Origin: Octopus vulgaris
Lineage: Eukaryota
Length of the DNA stretch: 64,000 bases
NCBI GenBank assembly: GCA_951406725.2
Contig: OX597815.1
Coordinates: 112,530,001 to 112,594,000 of the forward strand
Reading direction: 5' to 3'
Under the pieces are notes generated by a model. That model worked only from the letters and a program-made list of their open reading frames with translations. It searched no databases and was not told the DNA's origin. Both the position numbers and the translations under genes were made by a program. Of the stretch, positions 40,138 to 54,092 are shown piece by piece (the stretch's first letter is position 1; every line of letters begins with the position of its first letter).

Positions 40138-41129
40138 GAGAGACAGAGAGTGAGATACATAAATACATACGTACATATACATAGGTCATAAAAAGTCATG
40201 AGGTATAAGAGGGGAACATATTTATTTAACCACCGTAGGATGACGAGCGTTTTGCATCTTTCACCATATAATAATAATTTCAGTATATAATAAATCATCT
40301 TACATGATTGCACCAATATGCATGCAACACGTTGCATAGTACTCTTGTACCGCCTCAGCACCACCTGCTACTTTGCACCGCATGCACTAAGGTCACCGCT
40401 ACCAACTAACCTCATGGACAGGGCTACCATTTACCAATCCCCAACGTTTACCAACCCCAACGCATACCAGCCTCCAACACTTACCAATCCCTAATGCTTG
40501 CTTTGCGCATATATACTTTTGGACGCACGCGTTCGAATGCACTTGTGCACGCGCATGCGTGTATGCACGCACACCTGTTCGCATGCATAAATGCATTCGA
40601 ACATGTGTGCGATTGAGTGAGTATGTATGTACGTGTGTGCGCGTGCGTTTTCTTCCAAGCGTGTGTGTTTGTGTGCAGACGTGTACTTGCCAGTCCATGT
40701 ACAGATGCACACATTCGTATCAATATACACATGCACGCAAAACTATATGAGCGCTTCTACACACCCAGATACAGAACTATATAATTGCACATGCCAACCC
40801 TTCTTATTTCCCCCACCCCCAGCAACCTATTTGAGTCCTAGTACATCTCCTGCCCTCCACGTGGTCAATTTCGAGTTCGCCATGCAGTATTTTCCAACTA
40901 ACTGTTAACCGTATACCAACATCAAACCACGACACCTTCCTCGACCAATTGCAGCCCACCTTACGGTAGTAACAATCATCATCTGTCATTCAAATTCAAA
41001 ATGATGTCGATTGGCATTGCGCTTGAAACTCAACTGTAACAACGAATTTGAATCAAACTGTTTTTATCCATACATGTAACTCCCAATAAATTGGGTGAGA
41101 GCCCTTCTTTCATTTGTCCACTCACTCGT

Positions 41130-41211
<82 letters not shown>

Positions 41212-41214
<3 letters not shown>

Positions 41215-41566
41215 CAAAATAAGCAACAAGTATATCTTCGGTAATTTGGTACGATCGTTCCATGCTACTTCATTTTATTAAACATTGTAAGTATTACATC
41301 AGTTTTAGAATGTTGAGCAATCTTTAGCCATTTATAGAAGTCTTCCATCAAACGGACAATACATATACTTATTTCCATTTCGTTTGTTAACATTATAAAG
41401 AGGGTAGATATACAGACAGAGAGGCTGATTTGATTATTAAGAACATGATAGTATTAAAATTTACCTTCTGACTATAGATTTTTTCTTTAGTTATTTAGAT
41501 CTGTTAGTGGAGATGGAGAGCTTTTCGGTTATACCAAATTACCGAAGATAATTGCTTATTTTGATT
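41212..41566. mobile_element. Short element with ~35-40-bp imperfect terminal inverted repeats
   Basis: AATCAAAATAAGCAA...TATCTTCGGTAATTTGGTA (41212-41251) vs TACCAAATTACCGAAGATAATTGCTTATTTTGATT (41532-41566); beside (TA)n. MITE or inverted PLE terminal repeat. Confidence 0.6.
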
Positions 41567-41665
41567 ATAATCACCCCGTGGATTTATATTGATAATGCCA
41601 TACAAAATTCTGGTGCCTCTGATTTAAGTACCATATTCATTTGAACCTATATATATATATATATG

Positions 41666-42909
41666 CAGGGATCGGACGCTATTTAATGACAGATTTATGG
41701 CTTGTAAAAAACGCTTATTTGATAACAGGAAAAACCTGGATTTTTATAAAAAGTGGCATAGACAAATAAATAATCAATTTAATAATTTCATTCAATAAAA
41801 CCACCATAAGCATCAATAACTGCCTGTACGTGAGGTCGAAAATGTTTACAAGCTCAGATAAATGGTCATTGTCCACATCGGACATGACACCAACTATGGG
41901 GACTGTCAAAACATTTTGGTGCTATGGGGGTGTTCATTGACATTTTTCTCAACGGTGATCCATATATTGTAGTCCAGTGGACTTAGATCTTGAGAATTAG
42001 GAAGCCAAATTTTGGGGATGATCTGTCCATGCAAATTGTCGGCCATCCATTCTTGTATCATTTAAGCCTCGTGTGATGGTGCAGAATCTTGGTGAAAGAC
42101 ATAAGGCATACAATGTTGATCTAAGGGTTAACAACTTTATCCAGATCCTCAATATACGCAGCAGTATTTATCCTAAGGCCTTGCGGTAAAAAGTGAAGCG
42201 GTCTCACAAGTCTTTCATTGCTAACAACCCCCCAAACCATGACACTTGCAGGAAATATTGTGTGCATTAATTTTGGAATCTTAGAAGGGTCTGCACATAG
42301 CCATTTGTCATTTCTTTTGTTAGTTTTCTGTTCCTGATCAAAGATTCTCTCATCTGAGAAAAAACAATTTGCACCATCTGTTGAATTTTTAAGTTCGTTC
42401 TAAAGTCTTTGGGATGTGATGAATCGGTTTTCTTTTGCAAATTTCTGACATGAATTGACCTCTCATTATCACGTAAAATTTGTATCTGATGTCATCATGC
42501 ACAACATTTCTGATTTTTTTTTTCTGACATACGAATTTTTGGCAAATGACCTCATTGAATTTCTTAGATTGTCTTCAATGTTTTGCTTAATTTCCTGAAT
42601 AAATTCAGGTGTCCTGATAGAATCACAGCGTTTGAAATGTTTTGTACGCTTTCATACAGATAATACGCTTCCATCTTCTTTCTCTAACTGACACCGAAGC
42701 TTGTGGCCAGAAGGTCTTACAACTTTCAGAAAATGACAAATTTCTAAATCACCATGCTTAGCCTTCAAAGCCACTATCACAGCATGCACTTTCCATTTAT
42801 TAGTAAGCATGGAACCTGCCATTGTTATTTTCTGAAATAGAAGTTCGGTAAAAATTAGTCAAATAAAATAATGACTAAAAATACGTCCTCAAATATCGTC
42901 AGCACCCTG
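41666..42909 (-). mobile_element. Full-length decayed Tc1/mariner element, DD37D (maT) family
   Basis: Imperfect TIRs CAGGGATCGGACGCTATTT / CAGGGTGCTGACGATATTT, TA on the right flank. Transposase has FSDE and VFHQDSAPSHEA*MIQEWMADNLHGQIIPKIWLPNSQDLSPLDY, with 37 codons between the 2nd and 3rd catalytic D. Confidence 0.88.
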
Positions 42910-42918
42910 TATGTGTGT

Positions 42919-42967
<49 letters not shown>

Positions 42968-43248
42968 CATGCATACATATACATACATACATACATACAT
43001 ACATACATACATACATACATACATACATACACACATACATATAGCCATATGGCTATATAAAATTAAACCTACATGGATCTGAAGCTGAATGCCCTTAAGG
43101 CAACTCTGATAAACTATACGACAACAAAAACCAGACTTATTCCACTACTGAAAACCTCTTTTTGGATACAAATTACACTAAAACTATTTTTGATATACGA
43201 AAAAAAATTAATAGTAATTGATCTCTCCTTTTTTCTTTCTCTCTCTCT

Positions 43249-43289
<41 letters not shown>

Positions 43290-44799
43290 ATATATATATA
43301 TAAAAACTGATTTGTGTAAACGTACATTCATATTTTATGACTAAAACTGTTAAATGAAAATATTTGCTTTGAGGAACTATAATTTCATATTTTTCCTTTC
43401 TTACACTTATTGATACAAAATGAAACTATTTATCTTCTAATTTAACAAATAAAAGTTGTTTCATATATAAAAGCGACACCCCAGCATGACCGCAGTAAAA
43501 TGACTAAAACAAGTAAAAGAATAAAAGAATAAAATAAATATATAGATACTAATTTAGTATCTTTTCAACCTTTTCTTATTGTTTTATACCCACAAAAACA
43601 CACACACATACAAGCATACATACACTTATAAAATGTAAATCTAGTGTTTTCAACCTGTTCTTATTGTTTTACACATACACATACTTACATACATACACAC
43701 ACATACACATACATACATACATGAATTAAATGGTGCCTTGGTGAGTAGATAGAAACTACGGTCTGTCTCTTTATGAAGAACCTCAGTAGAGCTAAACTAG
43801 ATTCGACCATATATGTTATCATTATGCTAAGAGTGTCTGCACTAAGAGTGACGTAACCCGTGATACAGCTACTTAGAATAAATATTATGTGTAAAGGTCG
43901 ATGCTAATGAAATCATTTGCATAATCTTTTCATTTGTTGTCATCTCATATATAATGACACACACTGTGTCTCAGGACAAATTTTGAACAATTTCTCGTAA
44001 GTTGCTTATAACAGATCCAGGGTGCTTCTCTTTGTACGATGAATACGAATTGACATTCTCCATGTCATTTATCTATTGAAATTATTCAACTATACATAGT
44101 TTTTCTATGTAACCCGGTGGCTTCCCAAAAGCGACTGTCGTACAAGCGAAAAAGTTTTGCATTTTTACTACACACACTATGTATTGGCATCCTATTTATT
44201 CTGTGTGTGTGTGAGTGTTTGTGTCTGCGTGTGTGTGAGTGTTTGTGTCTGTAAATATACTGAGGCACACAAAAAGGTTAGGAGAAGCAAATTTGGAGAG
44301 AGAAATCGAACAAGAATCTAAGGAGATGCACATTTACCACGACAATAAAAACACACATATATTTAGCAATAAATCAAGCAATTGGCAAATTGGGGTGATC
44401 AATGGTTGTGCCATCATCGTACATCCCAAAGAAGGCGTCCTACGCCTGCTACCTGTTCTGTCTAGTGAAGGACAGCCTTTGGGGTCAATCATTTGATGAC
44501 AGAAACGAGAGTTAAGTGGTTGTGTAGAAGTGAGTACAGATGTGCATGCTCGAATGTTTTCACAGAGAAATCGAGAATTAGGTTGAACTTTGGTATATGT
44601 ATATACCCTAAGATTAGGAATATTTTCAATACTTCGGCTGCATAGAGGAATTCTTAGTCTATCAACAAGTGGGATTTGGATACATCTATGTCAGTTACTA
44701 AAATGGTTATGCCCATTTTTTTATTACTTTTAGAACAGCTCTCATATTTGATTCCTTTTAGATTATATATCTGTATATATACCTATATACATACACACG

Positions 44800-44862
<63 letters not shown>

Positions 44863-44865
44863 ATA

Positions 44866-44896
<31 letters not shown>

Positions 44897-44945
44897 AGAT
44901 ATAGATATAGATATAGATAGATAGGTAGATAGATAGAAAGATAAT

Positions 44946-45012
<67 letters not shown>
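44800..45012. repeat. (TA)n-(TAGATA)n-(GATA)n compound microsatellite
   Basis: Directly visible. Confidence 0.95.
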
Positions 45013-47442
45013 TGCAAGTATATATACATACGGATTTGCATGTATGCCTGTTTGTATGTACATATATACACCTATTGGTGTATATGTATGTTGGTATACA
45101 CATATTTTGATATATATTTTCCTTTATCGATCCTCCCACATGATTTAACTATTCAAATATTTCTTGTGTATGTCTTTCAGTCTAATCTTAATACGCAGCA
45201 GCTCTTAATCCTAAACATATTGTAGTCAAAACATTCAACTGTAGCCAACATCTTAAAGTTTTGGGTTCAAATGGATTAATTGATAGTAAGCTCAACCAAC
45301 ATAGATAATTGTCAATATACTTGCTATAATGTATATAAATATACGTGTTTAAATTGACTGTAATTAGAATGACAAGAAAATAAATATTTTCTAAACGACT
45401 ATAATCAATATTATTACGTGTGAGAATGCTTTGAAAGGTGTCGAGTGAAATTTATAGAGCATGCATAATTAATTATCAATTATAAAATTATTTTCTAAGG
45501 GCGAAAGCCATTCCTCACCATTAAACATTATCATGGAACTAAATTTTTCAATCGACCAGTCAGAACGTGCCTCAGCTATTTTGTTTATTTTCATTCTGGG
45601 AAGCAAATTCTTTAGTATCTGCAATAAAGCTTAATTTCCTTTTGCGTTCTTTGGGATACAAACCTATAGCAAGAATATTGGCTCACAACCCTTTGGTTTC
45701 GGTGTCATTCTTCACCAAAGTCATATCTCATCGTTTTCCCTGGGAAGATGTTTGTTCAACCGCAGTAGATTTCCAAGAAAGTAACATTAATAGCTGGCAA
45801 ATTGTACGAAGCACTGATATTAACTGCGTGCCATCAGCTAATATTTCATCTATGTGGTCTTCAATGTCAGCCAAACAAGAGGGGTCTTTCTCATAGAAAT
45901 TTCAAATATCGATAGTTGTGCCATTGCCTTCATCAGTAACTGATTACTGATTACAAGTTTTCTTTATTGTTCATCTTTAAAAGTAATGACTCCAACACTG
46001 AATATGCTTTGGTCTCAAGCAGTAGACGGAAATATCTCTTCCTTTTTCCCAATTTTCAATTTCCCCTTCAGAGCTTTCGATTTCGTGTTAATACGTGATC
46101 TTTTCGCATAATTTCCCCATTTAAGACAGCGTATGGACCTTCATACTTCATAACTTTGAACATGCGTTTATTAATTTCTACCATCCTTTAGCCATATTTT
46201 GTGTGGGAGATATTGGAGTAAAACAGCCGGAGGTACTTAAGTCAAAACATATAAATGGATTTCATAAACATTCAACTGTCAATGTATACACTTTTGCACA
46301 TACTAGAAGTGGAACAAGTATCGAGAATTTGTTGATAGTCAACAGCATACACTGTCCAAGTTATTGCATTAAATTTCGCATACTGCCAGGTGCCAATTTA
46401 TACGCAGGTGCTTTCATGTTTCCTTTTCAGCCCAATAAGAAAAAAATTCTCCTTTTTTGTTGAATACCTAATATGAAAAACAATTTCATTTAACGTTACT
46501 CTTTATGACAAATTATATTTTACACCGTATTGTAGTATCGTTTACATTTAAACGTATCAAATGCCATTAAAACCCTTATATGTCAGATTTTCCAAATTTT
46601 TGGATACTCTATGTGTTTTACCCAAATATGTTCCGCTGAGGGCAAACTAGTACATTCTAACATAAATTTAGCTGTAATTTCATCTATAACTGAAAATATT
46701 TTTGAAGGTCAAGCAATAAAAATCCGGCAATTCTTCATTGGCAACCAGGCCTCTGCCGAACTAACATTTAAAATTCTTCCATATTGGTTGCATCGGTTTC
46801 TTTGTCGGTTATATAATATTCCAAGTAAATATCGCATTAAATGCACTATTAGAGATAAGAGCTAAATTTCTATATTATAACTCAGATCTCTGTCTTAACC
46901 AGCTTTTGTTACACCGCTCTCAAACAACGGAATCCCCACTTCCTGACTCTTCTGTACAAAGAATAGCAAGGTGATATTACAACATTTCTTAATCAATTTT
47001 TATCGGCCAAAGATTCGTGTTATGCTTACGATTCGTGTTATGCTTCTTGACGGCTTCATTATAAAGTTATCTAAGGTTATTACCTCCGCCTTGGATGTAT
47101 TGTTGTCGGTGGTGTTTCTTTGGTTATTAGCCCGTGGACAAGATAACTTAAGAACCGCTGTATGTATTCAGATGAAACTTTCAGGGACGCTTGGCCTCGT
47201 GACTGGTACGAAACGATTAGATTTAAGGATCGATCCGGTACCGAGCAAGGATTTTGGATTAATTTTCTGTTTTTTTTACTTAATTTTTTAGAGTGGTCGG
47301 GTTCATTTTTCAGTATTCTCTTATGTGAGAGCAGTCGAGTTTATTTAAGATATTCTAATTTTAAAAATCATCTCCGTTAAAAGATTGTTAGAGTTGCCTT
47401 GGCTGAGGTTTGCGCTCTCTCAGTGCTCTATTTCAATTCAGC

Positions 47443-47478
47443 ACAGTAAAATGTTTCGAGTCATACGCATCAGACTGC
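47443..47478 (-). ncRNA. Degenerate hammerhead-like motif at the end of a probable PLE remnant (~47390-47800)
   Basis: Minus strand: GCAGT-CTGATGC-GTATGACTC-GAAAC-ATTTT-ACTGT; stem I pairs, stem II eroded. Confidence 0.4.
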
Positions 47479-48810
47479 GAAGGAGTGTAACTTTATCCAA
47501 TTTAAAACCTGTTATCGTATAAGTATTTTCAATTTTTAGTATACTATGTATTTGTATCCTAGGTTCCGTCATAATAATTGAAGTCAAACAAAATAAGTTA
47601 AACTGATTAGAAAGAGTATTCCCTGTTGATATTTGGTCGCACGAAAAACTTAAAATCCACCCGTTTAGATGTTTGATTAATAGACGCGTGTGGTTTCTAT
47701 GGATGCATTTGTTGTTGTTGATCAACGCAATGAAGCCCAAACTATCGTCAACGAGAAATCACGTGTTGCAATTGCCGTTGACTTGTCCGTTGCTTTTTTT
47801 TTCCAGTAGGAACCCTTGCGGTTTCTTCGATTTCTGATTAAAAGATAGTATCGTTGGTTGATTGCTGTCATTGAGTAAATTTAACTTATAATTAACCTGG
47901 CAAATTAAATATCTTCACCTACTTTGAAGTATATCATATCTGAACAATTAAGTATATGAAGTACGGGTGAGCTTAAGTATCTGATACAGTCTGTGATATT
48001 CTCTCTTCACTTGATCAGTGTAATATATTTACCTAATTTTTAGTAGAATTGTTGTTTTAATAGTGACATTCTTAAATAAGAACTGTGTGAAGTCATCACA
48101 TTCACTTGTTACATTATAGATCACGGGGAAATATTTACAGTTATTAGCGAGATTCATTTACTTTTCTAAATTCTGGCTGTGACCTTGATATATAGTCATG
48201 TGTTTTATGTTTTGTTGTGACTATCAGTTTGCTGCAGGAGCTATTTTAGACGATGGAAATCTTTTCTGAAAAAGAAACGTTTCTGGTTTGCAAGGGTTAT
48301 TTGATATTCTGACATAACAATTCCCGTCAGAAATATAAACTAAGAATATATACAGCAACAAGTTTTACAAATATAGCAGACAGTAAAAAGTGTTACAGAT
48401 AATGCAGATAGTGAAATATTATTTTTATCGTGAGGAGCAAAACAAATTTAGCGTTTTGGACACAAATCGTTCTTTGAAAGAAAATTAATTTGACACTGAT
48501 TGTTGCATAAAGAGTCAGTATCTAATGCAGTGGCAGGTAGTATGAGCAATTTTAGAACTGAACGATCTTGACGACAGTAGATTGTGGAGGTTGAGCTAAC
48601 GTTTTTACCAATGTTCAGTTCATTTGAAACAATTATAATAGAAGTAGAGGGGTAGGTGATGACTTAGAATGCCTAGCGTAAGCCTATACATGGGATAAAC
48701 CGACAGCAAAATAAGCCACAGCAGCGACGTAGAGAGGGAGATTGACATAGACTGGATCACAGGCTTTAGTTGCAGAAATCGACCACAGGACTTATTCTTT
48801 GTAAGCTTAC

Positions 48811-49107
48811 TAAAATGAAGAACCATTGAAATAACGACCCTTCATCAAAATCTATAAGAATGGATTGATCAAAGCTAACTGTGCAAAGATTGCATGGAAA
48901 TGGTTAAAGTTAGGAAACATTTTGTAGATATGAGCGGAAATTTCGTACGGATGAAAGCTTTCGTAGGTGAATGCATACGCTGTTTCAATGAAACTTTAAT
49001 TAATGTAGAACAAAATTTTAAAAATATGTACAAAATTAGAAAACATTTCACTTTCAATAATGGGATACGTGGAATGATAATGGCTCTCAATAGCTTAATA
49101 GGAAAAA
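48811..49107 (+). repeat. Copy 1 of a ~295-bp near-identical direct repeat
   Basis: Aligns with few differences to 56961-57253. Confidence 0.92.
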
Positions 49108-49182
49108 GCTTTCCCTCAGCTCCGTGTTCCCTTTTGTCATGGCTTTCCTGTTCTTGCCACAACCATAGACTCTCTCTCTCTG

Positions 49183-49234
<52 letters not shown>

Positions 49235-49235
<1 letters not shown>

Positions 49236-50330
49236 CAAAGGGTAAAATTAATTAATTAAGAAGTAATCAATAATTTCACCAAGTAGAATTCGGCATGAAA
49301 AACGGACCATTTCACGGTAAACTTAATTAATACTTAATAATTAGGGTTCAGCAAAGATTTGCTTTACCACATACCGAAGTTTAGAAATAGCAGCCAAAAC
49401 CTTAGCTATTTCTTCTACTTTAAAAAGGGACTCCCAGAAAAACCAAAATACTTGAAAACAATCCACACAGGCAGAGGAAAGCAACGAAAATCAGTCAATA
49501 TCTGGTCATCCATGGACGCGCGTTTCTGAATTAGATCGGTATAAAGAATATAGAATTATACTTTACCAACCATTTTCCTCATCATTATGGCATTCCTCAA
49601 TAATTAAATATTGAAATATTAAATTTGAGGGTACTGGAATAATTAAACATAGCTCTCCACCTAACGGTATCAGACAGTTCATATTCAGTGTTAGTACCGC
49701 TGAATTTAAAATATGAATGAGGTTCATTTACCTTCTCCTGCCCATCCGCGTGTGTCTTCAAGTAGTGTGTATGTATGTATATTTATACATGTCCCGCTTC
49801 TATATTTAATTAGGAGTTAATTTTGACCGGCCACATACTTTGAAAGCATGATTATAAAGGAATGCATTTTGTATTGTTCAACATCCTTTAAGTCTTTAAA
49901 AGGTCTTGTAGACTTTTAGTGTCCCAGATTTCATTTGTAGTGCATGAATTATACAGTTGCATTCTCTCCTGTAGAACACAAGATCCGTCAAACTTTTCTC
50001 CAGACGTGTTGGTACATATCCTGTTGCTCTAATAATAATAGATATGAAACTGAAAGCGTATATTGGGAACAGGATTTGCAAACTCCCTATAAATGGTGCA
50101 TAGATGCCCTCTTTCACTTGTATTTTTCTAACCACATTGGTGTCCGTGGGGGTGTTTCACTTGCACAACAGAACATGTCTTTTACTTGTGGTCTCACACG
50201 ACAGTTCTCTGGTCGGTTGGGTTTTAATCTGGTGGTTGTTTTAATTTTAAGGTTCTATCAATGTTTTATTAGACCCAATGGTCTAAAAAATATATGCATA
50301 AATATATGCATAAAGATCTATTTTGGTTCC
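49235..50330 (-). mobile_element. PLE-like 3' region (family E) with HHR-like motif at 49510-49590
   Basis: Terminal ~350 bp homologous to 20395-20750. Minus strand: CCATA-ATGATGA-(long stem II)-GAAACGCGCGTC-CATGG. Eroded GIY-YIG-like remnants upstream. Confidence 0.55.
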
Positions 50331-50643
50331 ACAGCACTATTATATTTGTATATATTTAAAATAATAGGGGTGAAAAATTGAATATTAATATAATAATCAA
50401 TTTAAAACCAGTGGTCTAAAGCGATAACAACGAAACCGGGTTTGTGATTAATCTACATTTTGTATCTTTCAATTTGTCTTGCTCGCTTACGTTCTGGTGT
50501 TTGCTAAATTTTCTTCAGAACATTCCTTCTTAGTGGTAAGATCATAGCGGATCTTCTTCTAGCATAATGGATATCCACTTACAGGTCTTCCATCTTATAT
50601 ATAAACGCGCGCACACACCCACACACGCACACACACACACACT

Positions 50644-50695
<52 letters not shown>

Positions 50696-50696
50696 T

Positions 50697-51000
50697 CGTG
50701 GCACTTCGTCAGTTTCTACGACGAGGGTTCCAGCACTCCACAGACATGTGTACCCTTATCGTAGTTCTTGAGGAGATTCAGGTTGACACAGAGTGTAACA
50801 AGGCTGGCCCTTTGAAATACAGGTACCACAGAAACAGGAAGAGTGAAAGAAAATTGTGGTGAAAGAGTACGCCTGCCGGAGTTTCTTATAGTTTTAGGTG
50901 CTTTCGCTCAATAAACACTCAGAACATTCGGTCTGTAAATCGAAGCTGCGATCCTACGACCGCGAGTCGACTGCCCTAACCACAGGGCCATTGCACCTCC
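50697..51000 (-). mobile_element. tRNA-derived SINE family B with a different 3' tail
   Basis: Head GGAGGTGCAATGGCCCTGTGGTTAGGGCAGTCGACTCGCGGTCGTAGG as in 8622-8932; the 3' halves differ. Confidence 0.8.
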
Positions 51001-51050
51001 ACACACATATATATATATATATATTACACACACACATACACACACACAAA

Positions 51051-51360
51051 AGCTGCGTAATGGAGTAGATAAGATCCGGGATACATATGTTTCATAAGAA
51101 GCGGAACCGCAGAAGTGGTAAATACCCTGGCGAGATATATACCACAGGCTGCTCTTCAGGCCAAGGATATCTTGATTAAATGAAAGTTTACATTGCCGCA
51201 AGGTACATGTTAATGCAATGTAAATTTTCCTTTAATTAAGATATCCTTAGCCTGCAAAGTAGCCTGCGGTATACACCTCACTTGGATAATTACAACTGCT
51301 AAGGTTCCGCTCCCTATGAAACATATGTAGCCAGGATCATATGTGCTCCATTCCATAACT
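51051..51360. mobile_element. ~310-bp fold-back element / MITE
   Basis: Arms pair end to centre, e.g. ACATATGTTTCATA/TATGAAACATATGT and AAGGATATCTT/AAGATATCCTT; centre ~51205. Confidence 0.8.
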
Positions 51361-51599
51361 CTTGGTCGTCTACCGTTAAATATAAAACGAACTTTTTCAG
51401 TTCATCGTACTTCGATACGAAAAAAATCCACAACCTTCTGTCTCAATAAACCACTAAACCTTGGAAGTTGTTTTATTTTTGTATTTACTACGGATTGCTT
51501 GTAACTAACTTGCTTCCTACACCTAGGTCCCTGGATCTTACATATATATATATATATATATATATAAAGGGGTTTGTATGGTAGTGTATAGAGATATAT

Positions 51600-52058
51600 A
51601 TTTTATACAAAGGAATTCCAACTCTGTTTTTTTATGTTTTATTTATATTCTTTATAATGTTAATGTAGAATATAAAATATATTGCATAAATAGTATATAT
51701 AGTAAAATGAAATGAAGTATTGATTGTCTTATTGAATAGATGAAATATTGAATATCAAATATTAAGGGACTAGTATACTTCCTTGCATTAAAGCAGTCCC
51801 AGGTTGTGACAGAATTGTTTCAACACTCCTGTCACACTCCTGTCACAACCTGGGACCTTGAAGTCTGCTTTAATGCAAGGAAGTAAAATAGTCCCTTCAT
51901 ATTTTATATTCAATATTTCATCTATTCAATAAGACAATCAATATTTCATTTCATTTTACTATATATATATATTATTTATACTATATATTCTATACTCTAC
52001 ATTAATATTATAAAGAATATAAATCAAACATAAATAACAGAGTTGGTTTCCTTTGAAT

Positions 52059-52062
<4 letters not shown>
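51600..52062. mobile_element. ~460-bp fold-back element near (TA)n tracts
   Basis: ~210-bp arms, e.g. ATTGATTGTCTTATTGAATAGATGAAATATTGAATAT and its reverse complement, GTCCCAGGTTGTGACAG/CTGTCACAACCTGGGAC; short loop ~51815-51835. Confidence 0.88.
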
Positions 52063-52109
<47 letters not shown>

Positions 52110-52824
52110 GCACATACAGACTTTCACACTAACATGTGTGTGTCTGTGTGTGTGTGTGTGTGTAGGAAGTGGAGATGAGGTGGAAAGAATATAAATAATG
52201 TCAGTTTATTAAACGTATTTTGCATAGTCTCATATGATTTATTCTCAGAACTCAGATGATTCATAATCCATAATGTTGATGTTGATGATGAGGTTTGTGG
52301 CTGCAGTTGCTACTCCTGCATACCTATAAGTCGCTTCTCAATGAGTAGGCCTACAATAACCATACTGTCTTTTACTCAAGAAACAGTGCTATTAGGACCA
52401 CATTATTCAATATAATTGACTGCTCTAAAACGGAATGTTGTGTTTTTGGAAAGATTTGGCGACTATTTCTAGAAAGTTGAGCGACAACATACATTTTTTT
52501 CCGCCGTTATTTCATATAGAAGTAATGTAATATATCTCCGTGTCAGTTCTCTACTGCTATACTATAAATAAATGTTTCTTATATAGATAAAGAAATTTAT
52601 ACATTGAATATAAGGTAGAGCAGCAATTTGTGACGGTATGAGATTCCCAAGGACAGTAATGACGTAAATAATACGAAATGATTTCATTTTAGCTAGGAAC
52701 TTGGCGTGCCAAAAAATTACCTCCAGTAAAGCAGAATTCAGATAGATAATAAACGCATAGAAAACTATATATATTTATAACCCTGGGCTTGCATGAAAAG
52801 ATTATATATATATATATGCGAGCG

Positions 52825-52892
<68 letters not shown>

Positions 52893-53340
52893 ATGTGTGT
52901 GTGTACACGTGTTTGTGTGTATGTGTGTGTATATCTATGTACGTATACTGAGAGAGAAAGAGAAGAGGGCAGAGGGAAGATGTTGGCATGTTTGTGCCGC
53001 GCGTGTGTGTTCGTGTATGTCTTTATGTGTGCGTGTGTGTATGTGTGTTTGTGTGTGTGTGCGCGTGTGCGTGTATGTGTGTGTGTGTGTGTAGTGAGAA
53101 TATGTTTGTTATGTACGTGCATAGAGTAACAAATATTCTCAGGAGAAATATGTTAAAATAACTTTAAGTATGTTAAAGTAGATGCATTTTGCTTACTATC
53201 TAGTCTGGCTCACTACTAACTAAAACTTAAGTAACTGCATACCTTATTGCCGCATAAATTCTAGCTCCTAACACGAGTTGATACCTGCCATAACGTTAAA
53301 GGTAAAGAAATATAATAGATATTAAATTTATCTCTAATCT

Positions 53341-53545
53341 TTTATGTTTTACTTGTTTTAATCATTGGACTGCAGTCATGCAAGGGCACGGTCTTCTAGG
53401 ATTTAGACCAAAGATTCAACCTCGGAACTTTTTCAATCATGGTACCTACTATATCGATTCTTTTGACGAAACGCTCAAGTCAGGAGCGTAAATAAACAAT
53501 TACCGGCTGAACAAGCATTGATGGAGGACAAACACGTACACAAAG
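53341..53545 (-). mobile_element. SINE family C 3' portion
   Basis: TTTTACTTGTTTTAATCATTGGACTGCAGTCATGC is the reverse complement of the family C tail. Confidence 0.6.
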
Positions 53546-53571
53546 ACATACACAGACATCATGTGTGTGTG

Positions 53572-53632
<61 letters not shown>

Positions 53633-53702
53633 TTGTGTCACTGAGAGAGAGAAAGAGAGAGTCAACAGATGAAATCCAGAGGTTCTCAATATACAAAACA
53701 CT

Positions 53703-54092
53703 GCGAGCTGGCAGAAACGTTAGCATGCCGGGTGAAATGCTTAGCGGTATTTCGTCTGCAGTTACGTTCTGAGTTCAAATTCCGCCGAGGTCAACTTTGC
53801 CTTTCATCCTTTCGGTGTCGATTAAATAAGTACCAGTTACACATTGGGGTCGATATAATCGACTTAATCCGTTTGTCTGTCGTTGTTTGTCCTCTCTGTG
53901 TTTAGCCCCTTGTGGGTAGTAAAGAAATACGTATTTCGTCTGTCTTTATGTTCTGTGTTCAAATTCCGCCGACGTCGAATTTGCCTTTCATCCTTTCGGA
54001 GTCGATAAATAAGTATAAGTTGCATGCTTGGGTCGATCTAATCGACTGGCCCCATCCACAAAAATTTTGGCTCTTATGCCTAGAGTTAAAAT
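53703..54092 (+). mobile_element. Dimeric SINE family A
   Basis: Same head-core-tail1-core-tail2 layout as 21231-21630. Confidence 0.88.

Noticed and set aside
45500-46900. Coding-like decayed sequence, possibly an old DNA transposon or integrase
   Set aside because: No diagnostic motif or termini could be recovered.
48894-49235. 113-aa ORF in the duplicated segment
   Set aside because: The second copy has an in-frame TAA (~57168) and the ORF ends in microsatellite.
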